From positions 11,795-75,794 of IMG/VR virus record IMGVR_UViG_3300010413_000014: a stretch of 64,000 nt of DNA. The stretch is one strand, 5' to 3'. Position numbers and translations under genes: made by a program. The notes beneath the pieces were generated by a model. That model was not told the DNA's origin and searched no databases. It worked only from the letters and a program-made list of their open reading frames with translations. Within the stretch, counting starts at the first letter, position 1. Each line of letters begins with the position of its first letter. The stretch is from a virus. Positions 1 through 9,712 of this stretch are shown piece after piece.

Positions 1-1840
1 TGATATCATACTCCGAATTCACTAACCCTAATCCTAGATTCTTATACTCGAAATAAGGATGAGATCCTAGAAAATTAACAGATTGTACGGCAGATATGTC
101 TTTGAATTCTTTTGAATAGTATTCAACCAAAGAATCTAATTTACTCTCAATTCCTCCGGTTGTTAGTACTCTATCGTAAGAGTTTCCACGATAAGGCTCC
201 TTGAGACCGATTCTATTAATCTTTCCATAATTCAATCCAAAATCTGTATCATAGACCGCCAATCTCTCACTAACTAGATGATTGCTCCAGTCATAAAAAT
301 CTCCAACTGCAATCTTTCGAGAATATGTTCCATATGTAAAGAAAACGACCTCCTTATTTTTTTCATCGATATCACAAAGAAGACCTTGTTGAGATAAGAT
401 TCCTACTAGTAGAGTACTGATCGAATTCTTGGGGAATTCGCTTGTTAAATTTACAGTTGTGTTTATGAAGTATTCATCATTCTCATTGTACACGATCTCT
501 TCTGCTGCTGGATTAATATATGTTTCTACTATATAGGAATCTAGCAGCTGTTGATCAAAGGCATTGATTCCACCTTTACTCTTAACATCAACAAAGATAC
601 CAAGAAAAGTTCCTCCTCCTGCGGGAGGAATCTCCATCTCTGCCTTATCTACTTCGCAATCAATACTTGTAATCTCTGCATAGACAGAGAGGTCGGGATC
701 AGTTGTTAAGGTTTTGAAAACCACATTACCTCCAGGAGTTACATTCTCATAAGCTGCAAATACACTCACTCGAGCATTCAATGGTTCAAGAGCTGCTCCA
801 TATGGAGATACGATTGCTAAATTGCCATGAATATTGATCGTTCCTACATACCCCTTACTTACATCCGGCATATACCCACAAGTTCGAAGTCTATACGAAT
901 AGTCCGGATACATATCAGCAGGTTTACCCCAGTTTGGAATATCGATTGGTCTAAAATACGGCCCAATCCCCACAAACTCCATCACATTATAACAATAGTT
1001 TGTGGGAGGTGGAGTTGAAAAAGATGTTCCATATGGATTGCTTGATGCATTGGTGTCTGAGGTAAATTGCAACAATGAATTCTTTGCTTCATTATTATTT
1101 TTACCTTTATCTGAGACGATATAGGATACAGATAGATCATTGATATCGACCTCTTTCTCATATATTGGCATGTATCCATATGCATAGCAAATTGAATCCA
1201 AAAAAGCCTTAACATTTAATAGAGGTCTTGTTTGCCAGGGATTGATTCTATCAGGAGGAACTCGCTCATCAGTATCTAGCTTGTTGAATTTGTCGCCTAT
1301 CGAATTTAAGGTATTAGGAAAGAGGGATAATGGATAAGTCTTCCCTGAAATTGTCGATAATCTTGCTAAATCGCCTGAAGTGATATTGTACGATGTCATC
1401 TCATCAACTACACTCTGATAAGTAATCGGGAGATTTGAGTAAAGCTCACTTGTATTAAAAAGATTGTATAAGTTATCCTTTTTCCACAAATCAATTAAAG
1501 CTAGCGCTCCATCTATATAATTTACATTTATCTGGCCACCATCTGTATTATTGATGACCAAATAACCTTTCAATATACTATCATCATCAATCAACACCTT
1601 GCACTCCCACTTCTTATTCAATTGATTTGATAAAGAGGTATGATTAAATCGATTCAACTCCAATGCAGCTATATTGTAACTAGTGTACGGTAAACTAAGT
1701 GTATTGCTGTGCTTTATTTCTCTTGAATAAGGGTTACCTATTCGATTGACTACAGCATTATACTTCACACTCTCTCTATCAAATGTTTCTAGAGCTATCC
1801 AACTAGTGTTTTTCTTTATGTAGAGTTCTTGCTTGATCAT
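1..1840 (-). CDS. Large putative virion/tail protein, 3' end outside window
   Basis: Not in the ORF track because it runs off the edge. ATG at 1838-1840 overlaps the TGA of the upstream gene (MIKQELYIKKNTSWIALETF...). Same frame reads open near position 1 (...EYKNLGLGLVNSEYDI); I spot-checked rather than read every codon. Confidence 0.7.
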   Translation of the reverse strand, partial: MIKQELYIKKNTSWIALETFDRESVKYNAVVNRIGNPYSREIKHSNTLSLPYTSYNIAALELNRFNHTSLSNQLNKKWECKVLIDDDSILKGYLVINNTDGGQINVNYIDGALALIDLWKKDNLYNLFNTSELYSNLPITYQSVVDEMTSYNITSGDLARLSTISGKTYPLSLFPNTLNSIGDKFNKLDTDERVPPDRINPWQTRPLLNVKAFLDSICYAYGYMPIYEKEVDINDLSVSYIVSDKGKNNNEAKNSLLQFTSDTNASSNPYGTSFSTPPPTNYCYNVMEFVGIGPYFRPIDIPNWGKPADMYPDYSYRLRTCGYMPDVSKGYVGTINIHGNLAIVSPYGAALEPLNARVSVFAAYENVTPGGNVVFKTLTTDPDLSVYAEITSIDCEVDKAEMEIPPAGGGTFLGIFVDVKSKGGINAFDQQLLDSYIVETYINPAAEEIVYNENDEYFINTTVNLTSEFPKNSISTLLVGILSQQGLLCDIDEKNKEVVFFTYGTYSRKIAVGDFYDWSNHLVSERLAVYDTDFGLNYGKINRIGLKEPYRGNSYDRVLTTGGIESKLDSLVEYYSKEFKDISAVQSVNFLGSHPYFEYKNLGLGLVNSEYDI

Positions 1841-2817
1841 CGCACATCCATTTCAGTAGATGATATACTTTCTAGAGATATCGTCACATCTGCACCATTG
1901 GTTAGATTTGAGGTAGGAATAGCTATCGAACTTACTCTCATTAGCTCTAGGGGAGCTTGTTCGCTTGTCATAAAATATAATGCTGGAGAATAAGCGATAC
2001 TTTTCAAAGCCTCTGCTTCTTTCTGAGTGACTCCTATAGAGCGGACAGTGATTGATTCTTTGAAAGCTACTTTCGTATAATTAGTTTCTACGTAAGGACT
2101 TCCTCCTGTTGTAGCTGTACTTTTAAACATATCAACATCCAATGTTTCACTATAAGATTGAGTAGGAGTAACTGTTAAGATATCGAAGCCGTAACTCATC
2201 CAACCTCCATATCGACTCTTCCAAATCAGATATCCTCCACATACAATTCTTCCTTGAGTTGGTTGATCAAAGTATACAGTAGGCCTTGAATCAGTCAAAG
2301 TTGGATCCTTTAAGGTTATCTCGAAAAATGGATAACTATCAAATTCTGGTTGACTTATTCCTTGAACACTCCATTCATTCAAATGCTGTGTTGAATAGAC
2401 AGTTGATGTAAAGTTTCTGAAGCTTCTTCCTCCTATCAATGGAAGCTTTGCTATTATTGAAGGAGTTGTGGTTACATCTGTCGTGATCAGAAAATCATAC
2501 TTATATTGGGTAACAATTGTTTTCCAATCAATATGTGATCCTGATGCGATCTTATAAACATTTGCTGCGTGATGCTGCCTGGTTAATTTCATAAGATCGA
2601 TAGTGATCTCTCCACTAGCATTTAAATCAGCTTCCAAATAATTGGGCAACGTTTCTATTATCGCATCTGTTTGCATATCTCTTATCCTAAGGTTAACTCG
2701 AACAACAAAGGATCCTGATTCAATTATTCGTACTCTTAGAGGTTCGTATAGGTAGCAATATGTTCTTGTTGATGTTGCTACTTGCCCTAATATCTCTGGT
2801 GTAATTGTTATAGCCAT
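1837..2817 (-). CDS. Putative virion structural (tail) protein
   Basis: 326-aa T/S-rich ORF, translationally coupled to the next gene; position in the morphogenesis region. Confidence 0.55.
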   Translation of the reverse strand: MAITITPEILGQVATSTRTYCYLYEPLRVRIIESGSFVVRVNLRIRDMQTDAIIETLPNYLEADLNASGEITIDLMKLTRQHHAANVYKIASGSHIDWKTIVTQYKYDFLITTDVTTTPSIIAKLPLIGGRSFRNFTSTVYSTQHLNEWSVQGISQPEFDSYPFFEITLKDPTLTDSRPTVYFDQPTQGRIVCGGYLIWKSRYGGWMSYGFDILTVTPTQSYSETLDVDMFKSTATTGGSPYVETNYTKVAFKESITVRSIGVTQKEAEALKSIAYSPALYFMTSEQAPLELMRVSSIAIPTSNLTNGADVTISLESISSTEMDVR

Positions 2818-3010
2818 TATTTATATGTTTTTGACGTTGTATTTGAAGGATCATTCCTTCTTCTGATATATAACGCCACTTGCATTTAGATCGTGGCTTA
2901 TTCTCTTTATTTTTAACAAAAGGAAGCTCTCTGCTTTTTCATCATCACTTACAGATAAGCTTCCTTTCAACCTTGTCGGGATTTTCCGAACTATAACTAA
3001 ACGTCCGGTA

Positions 3011-3084
3011 TGCGCCTCATCGGAGATTCGAACTCCTTCAATCGGAACTGTGCACAGCTCTACGATTACTAGTCATAAAGAAGC
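3011..3084 (-). ncRNA. Aberrant tRNA-like element
   Basis: GCTTCTT/ATGAGGC acceptor-like stem, TATGA/TCGTA D-like arm, GAGCTG-TGCA-CAGTTC arm with 4-nt loop, GGAG-TTCGAAT-CTCC T arm. Confidence 0.45.
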
Positions 3085-3149
3085 ATTCTATTGATATAGC
3101 TAGCTTATATCTGAATACTTCCCATCGCCACGATGTAATGACAGAGGCA

Positions 3150-3392
3150 TTATCTTTGTGAATGGTTCTCTTTCAACCACACCTTCGCTATTGTGAATGC
3201 ATTTGCTAACATTTCCGTCTTTGCAGCATACATCATCGGAAAGAATGGATCCTTCCTATTTAATCCTCTAAAGGGATTACAGACAATTGTTTGCTGCTTC
3301 TTAACCTCAACATAATGCTCTATCACTCGACACATCTCTTCTATTGAGAATACTTCTGTATCACTTCGGTTAATGATCTCATTTGTATCCAT
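3150..3392 (-). CDS. Hypothetical protein
   Basis: 80-aa ORF on the coding strand. Confidence 0.6.
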   Translation of the reverse strand: MDTNEIINRSDTEVFSIEEMCRVIEHYVEVKKQQTIVCNPFRGLNRKDPFFPMMYAAKTEMLANAFTIAKVWLKENHSQR

Positions 3393-3469
3393 ATTCTAGT
3401 TTGCTTCAATTCTTCGTTTCACTTTGCGCCTTTATGAGGAGTCTTGAATCTCGCATCGATTGTGGATTG

Positions 3470-3770
3470 GTGATTTTTAGCTCCATTAGCTTCTTAGCTT
3501 CTCGTTTCATTTCTTTTTGCGCTGAAGCTAAATTTTTGAAAGCTGCATTTTCTGCATATCATTTTCAATTAGCTTCTTGCGTCTTTCTCGTTTCGTTTCT
3601 TTTGCGTAAGACGCAAAATGAAAGCTGCATTTTCTGCAGAGTTTTGATTTTAGCTTCCTCTTAGCTTCATCGTTTCGTTTCTTAACTTCCTGAAGTAAAT
3701 TAAACTCTGCACTTTTTGCGATACTTTGATTTTAGCTTCTCTTTACTTCGTTGAGTTCGCTTCACTTCTT
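3470..3770. repeat. Degenerate ~80-bp tandem repeat, about 3.5 units
   Basis: Recurring TTAGCTTC...CGTTTCGTTTCT...CTGCATTTTCTGCA...TTTGATT blocks starting near 3490, 3569, 3650 and 3732. Confidence 0.65.
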
Positions 3771-4022
3771 CATTGGAGTAGCAAGCAAACCAGACGATGC
3801 ATCCATAGCATGTTGCGAACGGGCAATCTGAACCTACTCTTGAATTTGCTTTCATATGTCACTTGGCTTGGTGTTTGTTGTTGGTATTTGAGATTCTGAA
3901 GCATCCTTAATCACCTTCAACCTTTCTATCAAAACAAATGACAAATACCACCTACAAACCTAATTAGGTATTTTCTTACACCACTCCTTATTTCTTATCA
4001 TTGTAGGATAATTGAGCTTGAT

Positions 4023-4656
4023 TGAGAAAGTTTGATCATTTTCTCAGAAAGGTCTCCAAAATTTGTTTATCTAAGTTTGAAATATTTTTTCTCACACCGA
4101 GTGGTATTTCTCATACGTTAAGATAGAAATTCCACAAATAAGAAAAATCCTTAATTTGTCAAATTTTTTGCAAGAAGTTAGTTAAACTTTTTAAAGTCAG
4201 AATTTCTCACAAACTTTCTAATTTGTTACTAATTCTATAGAAAATCAATTCTCAAAGGTGCACTATTTGCAGAGAAGCTAGCCTTCATTTTAGAAATCAG
4301 AATTTCTCACAAACCTTGGTATTTCTCATACAAAGATCTACAAATCTTTCAGATAACAAAATCCTCTAATTTCTATAAAAGTTGGACAGAAATTAGACCA
4401 ACAAAACTAATCACCGATTTTCTCACACCAACTGGTATTTGTTATTTATTTGTGAGAAATTCTAAGACGATAGAAAAATCTTAACTTTGTGTCATTATAT
4501 ATGAGAAACTAGCTTTGGTAATTGTTTGACCATTTTCTCATACGAGCTCTAGTTTCTATCGAATTCGGACACAAAATTCCTCACATGAGAAATCGTCCAT
4601 CTTTCTATTCTCAATAACAAGAAATACGATCTCTAAACTGATCTTTAAATTTCTCA
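4023..4656. repeat. Iteron-like array of TTCTCA in an AT-rich non-coding region
   Basis: 15 copies counted (11 forward, 4 reverse); 18-mer TCAGAATTTCTCACAAAC at 4197 and 4297. Confidence 0.8.
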
Positions 4657-4675
4657 CTTGAGAGCTTATTTGTTG

Positions 4676-4760
4676 CAGAGAGTGAGAGATTCGAACTCTC
4701 GAGACTTTTACATCTGACGCCTTAGCGGGGCGCTGCTTTCAACCACTCAGCCAACTCTCT
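4676..4760 (-). tRNA. tRNA-Ser(GCT)
   Basis: AGAGAGT/ACTCTCT acceptor stem, G discriminator, GCGCC-CCGCTAA-GGCGT anticodon arm, long variable arm, GTTCGAATC T loop; CCA not encoded. Confidence 0.9.
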
Positions 4761-4979
4761 AAAGGCTCACCCTGAGCGCGCTGTTCTATGGGAAGCGGGA
4801 TGAGCTCTATGAATGATAGGCTTCCTCAACCTATCGTGTCCCTGAATTTCTCTCCAATGGGCTTCTTTCTCTTTCGAGGCGGAGATGAGGATTATGATAA
4901 TGTCCGTTTTATTATTAGAAGCGATGTGGACATCAGTGAACATCTGCTTATTTCAAAGATCGTTTGCCTGATACAGGAC

Positions 4980-5435
4980 TTAGCAATCGAAGCGCTTATG
5001 AATGCTCATCGCTTCGGTAGTTAGATTTGTGATCTGATCATCAATAGCGATTATGAAAGCACGCGACATCTTTTGCTGGTAGTCTTCAAAGTTCTTCTTT
5101 AATGATTCTTCTAAAGCGTTAGGTGCATTAGGTACCCAATTCTTCGTTCCATTCTTAGCTATGCTTTTAATCACTGCCCAAGCAGTTCCTTTTTCACTTA
5201 GATTTCCGATTCGGACACCTTTTCTTTGAACCCATTCTAATATAGGATCCAATGGTGGTTGCTTTCCTGGACCACGTCCATACCTAGCGAATTGAATATG
5301 AGACGGGGTTAATAAGATAGCTCCTGATTGTGTCGGTTGCACTTCACCCTTTCTTGTTGTATAAGGATCAAGCTCTTCTTTAACCGCCATAAGGAACTCT
5401 ACCGCGATCGCAATCAATTCATCACTCATGAGCAA
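4980..5435 (-). CDS. Putative neck/tail-completion protein
   Basis: YGRGPGKQPP..ILEWVQRKG..AWAVIKSIAKNGT motif typical of virion morphogenesis proteins; downstream of terminase. Confidence 0.55.
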   Translation of the reverse strand: MLMSDELIAIAVEFLMAVKEELDPYTTRKGEVQPTQSGAILLTPSHIQFARYGRGPGKQPPLDPILEWVQRKGVRIGNLSEKGTAWAVIKSIAKNGTKNWVPNAPNALEESLKKNFEDYQQKMSRAFIIAIDDQITNLTTEAMSIHKRFDC

Positions 5436-5881
5436 CTTACTTCATGTGGATATCGGAGTGTAAATTTGCCTAAGATACCTGAATGGTGTCCAGAACCATG
5501 TTTCGGAACCAATTGATAATTCACATTGAATACAGCTCGAGTTTCAGAACCTCTTAGCCGGATACGAATTGTGTTGTTGAGATGTTGAAGGAAGTTTATG
5601 TATAAAGTAGCCATCGAAGCTGCTGCTTCCTCCATATCATCCTTCACAGGCTCATCTGTCTTTGTTAACAGTAAACAAACTACATCAAAGGGTGGATCCA
5701 TTACAAATCCATTATTATCAAACTCAACTGTAGCTCTCAGATCCCAACTGATAAGCATAATCGGTAAATCCTCTTCCCGCGTTAGCCGGTTGAGTTGTAT
5801 ATCAATCTTCTCATCACTGTTGGTTATAAATGCGCTTATACCTACCGCTTCAGCAGCTTCTTTTAGACTTGCTATAATCAT
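5426..5881 (-). CDS. Putative tail terminator/neck protein
   Basis: 151 aa; size and position in the morphogenesis operon. Confidence 0.4.
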   Translation of the reverse strand: MIIASLKEAAEAVGISAFITNSDEKIDIQLNRLTREEDLPIMLISWDLRATVEFDNNGFVMDPPFDVVCLLLTKTDEPVKDDMEEAAASMATLYINFLQHLNNTIRIRLRGSETRAVFNVNYQLVPKHGSGHHSGILGKFTLRYPHEVSCS

Positions 5882-5893
5882 ATACCGGTTGAT

Positions 5894-6634
5894 TTATCGT
5901 TTTACTGCTCTCTCTTGACGCATCTTTTTCTCTTTGATCTTGGACATCCTATCTTGGATAGTAGATTTTGTTGCACTTTCCAATGCATTTGTTTGTACAA
6001 TCAGGTAAGGAATTTGCCAGGCTCGATAATAGTCAAGATTGAAGTCACTACAAACCATCTTAACTGAATTGATCACATTGAAACGCTCCATCATATGTCC
6101 GCCTGCTTGGAGGTAATCTGGATCGACTGTGTTCACTGGTCTGAATTGCTCTTCCCAATACTTTTGTGATTCCTTTATCGAGGTTTTAATCCAATTAAAC
6201 ACTCCCATCACACTCTCTATTGAACTATTCAAGATAACTTCCTTAAACCTTCTAAAATCATTGGTTTCGGAATCAAAATCTCGATTTCGAGTTTGGTGAT
6301 AACATACAGTTGCAACAATTGTAGCTATCTCATCAATTGTGTCACCATTGCCCAGGTTGGTAAGTTGAGCTTCAAGCTCCATACGAGCTATGAAGGGAAT
6401 GTAATCGATGGATGGTGGTATGAGGAAGTTGCTATACTTTGGCAACTCTAATTTACTTGGATCAATCCTCACGATCTGCTTTATGAGAAGATCGGCTTCT
6501 TTAAAGGCACGACGGAAGCGGAAGAATTTTAGCAATCCTTTCGCTTCAAAGTTCAGTACCTCTTTCATGATCATTACATGATCCACCGACTTTCTATCAA
6601 TAAAATGCTTTAGATGTCGGAACTGCAATATCAT
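5894..6634 (-). CDS. Hypothetical morphogenesis protein
   Basis: 246-aa ORF coupled to its neighbours. Confidence 0.5.
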   Translation of the reverse strand: MILQFRHLKHFIDRKSVDHVMIMKEVLNFEAKGLLKFFRFRRAFKEADLLIKQIVRIDPSKLELPKYSNFLIPPSIDYIPFIARMELEAQLTNLGNGDTIDEIATIVATVCYHQTRNRDFDSETNDFRRFKEVILNSSIESVMGVFNWIKTSIKESQKYWEEQFRPVNTVDPDYLQAGGHMMERFNVINSVKMVCSDFNLDYYRAWQIPYLIVQTNALESATKSTIQDRMSKIKEKKMRQERAVKR

Positions 6635-7152
6635 TTCAACTTAACCAACTTCGCTTCAAGTTCTCGCTGCTTTTCCAACAAGATCTTCCTCTGCATCTCT
6701 GTAGCCTGAAAGAGATTCAGCTTGATATTTTCAAGTGTCCTTTCGATATCCTCTCGCCTCAATCGAGGCTTAGCTGGCTGCTGGATCTTAGGTCGAACCT
6801 TGATCGGCGCCTTCTTAACGATAGGTGACTGCGGCTTTGGCTCCGGCAACTTTGGAGTCTCCAGCTTTATGATTAATTCCGGACTTCGAGTAGGCTCTTC
6901 GATATCATCCTCCTGATGGTACTCCGGATCTTCATCATCAAAATCCTCCTCTGATTCCTCCGGCTCTTCGTTCTTTATCTTCATCTTGGCACGCGCTTCC
7001 TCTACTGCCTTAATCCCCTTCTCGATCAACTCGGCTTTCGGACCTCCAGCTTTGAATGCATCGGCCACCTGATACCTCTCAAAGATACCTTTCAACTCGT
7101 GATACTTCGCGGCTTCAAACTCTTCTCTTACTTGCTCAATAGTCTGCTCCAT
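6631..7152 (-). CDS. Hypothetical protein with acidic and Pro/Lys-rich linker
   Basis: 173 aa; helical termini, low-complexity middle. Confidence 0.55.
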   Translation of the reverse strand: MEQTIEQVREEFEAAKYHELKGIFERYQVADAFKAGGPKAELIEKGIKAVEEARAKMKIKNEEPEESEEDFDDEDPEYHQEDDIEEPTRSPELIIKLETPKLPEPKPQSPIVKKAPIKVRPKIQQPAKPRLRREDIERTLENIKLNLFQATEMQRKILLEKQRELEAKLVKLK

Positions 7153-7265
7153 ATTGTTAAAATTTTATAAATAGTTAATGCTCAAGTTACTAAGATTTCA
7201 CCCTACTCCAAGATACTCTCACAGCTCAATAGCGCTTACTGCCATGTTGATTGTATCTTGGATTC

Positions 7266-8504
7266 TTAGATGTATCCTTTCGATCTCACAGCTCTCGCTC
7301 CTGGCTTCACTGGCGCACCATCTGACTTTGTATTCTTGTAGGTTAATCCATATCGTAGTGCTGCTAATGTATCAGGCTCGTGTGGATAGTTATCCTTCTG
7401 ATCCTTCTTGAAGGTCATGTATGCGAAATATAGATGTGGGTTATCTCCTATCATCACGATTGGCATATCTTGAACCTTCTTGATGCCTTGATCCTTACTA
7501 TTCGGACCTTTCTTGCAGCCTCGGATCTTTCTAAATCCTGCTTTACGAATCTCGCCTATGAATGCTGGCATTGCTGAGTCAGCTACTATGAGAGCGTTTG
7601 ATGGGACTTGGTGCTGCTTCATCAGTTGGATTGTTTCACTGATTAGCATCTTCGGCCTAGAAAATACTTCGCGCACATAGTATACCTCATCAAAGTAATT
7701 GATCTCTATGAGTGCTGTACTATCCTTTCCTCCGTTTCCAAAGTCTAATCCATACCAGACCTCTCCTTGATCATAGAATATTGGATACTCACCCCACCCA
7801 TCATAGATCCTTCCTTCAACCTCTAATGTCCATTCTGCTAAGATAACGTTCTTGTAGTAGGTTGGATTGGTTCTCTCTAAGTCTCGATACCTCTGTACTG
7901 TTGATGCAGCTAGGTTATCAAGATTATCTAAATAGGTACTATGGATGTAGCATGTATCATGGAATCTCTCTGGATTTGGTTGTCCTTCGATAAACCATTC
8001 TTTGTGAATCCAACTTTTTACGGCTGATCCGGGGTTATAAACAAGAATAATCTTTAAAGGCTTTCCTTTTACTCGAACACCTTCATCGATCTTAGAGAAC
8101 TCATCAAAACTCTCGATTTCCTCCGCTTCTTCCATTATTACTATCGTAATTCCGGATAAAGACTTTAACTTTGCGGTTTGGCTTCCTGTTGCTCTAATTC
8201 CTTTGAAAGAAATAGTGCTACCTGTGATCTTATTTGTGTAGAGATTGGTCTTATAGTGAAAATCATCTCTAACTCCCATCATCTTCATGACGAGTTCTAC
8301 ATCTGCGATCGTCGAATCTTCACTTGAAGTCATCACTTGTCGTAGATATAGAATCTTATGACCAAAATCCGAGTATGTTGCTGTTACTGCAGCTCCTGCT
8401 GCAGTGAAAGACTTTGCAGAACCCCTACCTCCGTAAACTTGATAATACCTCTTATCAGTTAGCTCGTCACTAAACAATGATTCGAAGATAGGTGAAAACT
8501 CCAT
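7266..8504 (-). CDS. terL: Terminase large subunit (PBSX/SPP1-like)
   Basis: Walker A YGGRGSAKS, Walker B IVIMEEAEE, LVYNP, nuclease motif YGLDFG. Confidence 0.93.
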   Translation of the reverse strand: MEFSPIFESLFSDELTDKRYYQVYGGRGSAKSFTAAGAAVTATYSDFGHKILYLRQVMTSSEDSTIADVELVMKMMGVRDDFHYKTNLYTNKITGSTISFKGIRATGSQTAKLKSLSGITIVIMEEAEEIESFDEFSKIDEGVRVKGKPLKIILVYNPGSAVKSWIHKEWFIEGQPNPERFHDTCYIHSTYLDNLDNLAASTVQRYRDLERTNPTYYKNVILAEWTLEVEGRIYDGWGEYPIFYDQGEVWYGLDFGNGGKDSTALIEINYFDEVYYVREVFSRPKMLISETIQLMKQHQVPSNALIVADSAMPAFIGEIRKAGFRKIRGCKKGPNSKDQGIKKVQDMPIVMIGDNPHLYFAYMTFKKDQKDNYPHEPDTLAALRYGLTYKNTKSDGAPVKPGARAVRSKGYI

Positions 8505-8505
8505 A

Positions 8506-8961
8506 TTAATCCTCCTTGGTTCGTTTGTTTTGAGGAGAGAATGTGATGTTTATTTTTCGTTTAGATTCCCCTTCTTCTTCGATCGATATACCTGTCGATT
8601 CAACTGCATCATCCTGCTTCTCAAACTCCTCATCAAGCTGTCCTTTATAGTGAGTTGCGAACCACTTTGAAGCTTCATAGTGCTTTGGGTTTGTTGGATC
8701 ACAAATAGCATCAATGATGTTACCTGAGGCTATTAACCTTATCTGAGCTACAGCTCTTCGATACTTCTCATGAAGATCTGGGAAATGTTTGAATAGGTTT
8801 TGTATTTGTTGAATCGATAGCTTAGTAACTGTTCTGATCTTAGTATAAGAAAGAGCTCCTTCTTCGATTGCAATTGAAACTTCATCATATCGTCGCTTCA
8901 ATTCATCTGGTGGCGTATTATGTCCCCTCACTCCTTTTCTCTTTTCTTTTTCGGATCTCAT
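8506..8961 (-). CDS. Probable terminase small subunit
   Basis: Directly upstream of TerL; HTH-like N-half, ASKWF helix, C-terminal INITF strand. Confidence 0.65.
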   Translation of the reverse strand: MRSEKEKRKGVRGHNTPPDELKRRYDEVSIAIEEGALSYTKIRTVTKLSIQQIQNLFKHFPDLHEKYRRAVAQIRLIASGNIIDAICDPTNPKHYEASKWFATHYKGQLDEEFEKQDDAVESTGISIEEEGESKRKINITFSPQNKRTKED

Positions 8962-9127
8962 AATTACTGTTAGTTTCTAAAATGAACTCTTGCTCTATCT
9001 GCTCGATGAGGAATACTCCTGTGTTAGCAATAATCCTCACACACGCTACTATTGTCTTTGGAATTAATAACAATAGTTTTACAATGATTATTTTTAAAAT
9101 CAATGCAAATTGATTAATTACTCTCAT
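8918..9127 (-). CDS. Small hydrophobic hypothetical protein
   Basis: 69-aa ORF on the coding strand. Confidence 0.4.
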   Translation of the reverse strand: MRVINQFALILKIIIVKLLLLIPKTIVACVRIIANTGVFLIEQIEQEFILETNSNYEIRKRKEKRSEGT

Positions 9128-9175
9128 ACTTGTTTGCTTTCGTTAAACCTTATGATTTTATCCATTTCGGATTAG

Positions 9176-9207
9176 TTATCACATAAGTGTCGAAGCTTAT
9201 GTGATAA
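9176..9207. terminator. Perfect 12-bp hairpin between genes (terminator or operator)
   Basis: TTATCACATAAG-N8-CTTATGTGATAA. Confidence 0.45.
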
Positions 9208-9211
9208 TTTC

Positions 9212-9700
9212 TTAATTGGTGGCGCGATTCTCTTCTCCGCCAAATACTCGTACTCTTGGATTGATATTTTCAGCTGTTACCTCTGTAGCTGGATCTTCCT
9301 CTTCCAAGAATTCAACGACACTTGCTAGATAGACTTCTGCAATCGAACTCATCTCATTCGCAGCCGATTTGGCTGCGTTGCGAGATTCAGCCTCACCTTC
9401 AACTACATATCCACCATCTGTCAAAGTACCTTGAAACATTTTCAAACATCTTGCGTAAGTGAAATAACACCAGGCAGGAATAACTAGATCCCTCAACTCT
9501 TCATCAGCCTCTCCATCTGGATTGATGCAGCGATCGAGGTTCTCTTGCTTAATCACCCTCTTGAGATCTAGGTCCTGAGCTACTTTTGCTGCAGATTTGA
9601 TCTTAGTTTCATCAATGTCGAGCTGAATTGAACAATGATCAGCCATCAAGCTAACGATATCTGAAGAGATTAGATTATTTTCTAAAGAAGCATTATACAT
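9212..9700 (-). CDS. Probable head-tail adaptor protein
   Basis: Helical 162-aa protein after the portal; IK.AA..AQDLDL..VI and LVIPAWCYFTYAR pattern seen in Bacteroidota phage adaptors. Confidence 0.55.
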   Translation of the reverse strand: MYNASLENNLISSDIVSLMADHCSIQLDIDETKIKSAAKVAQDLDLKRVIKQENLDRCINPDGEADEELRDLVIPAWCYFTYARCLKMFQGTLTDGGYVVEGEAESRNAAKSAANEMSSIAEVYLASVVEFLEEEDPATEVTAENINPRVRVFGGEENRATN

Positions 9701-9712
9701 ATTAGCTAATTT

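Noticed and set aside
3470-4656. CRISPR array
   Set aside because: Repeats are short or degenerate, irregularly spaced and in both orientations; no cas genes.
4676-4760. tRNA-Ser as an amber suppressor (CTA occurs in the loop)
   Set aside because: The stem register places GCT at 34-36; shifting to CTA destroys the anticodon stem.
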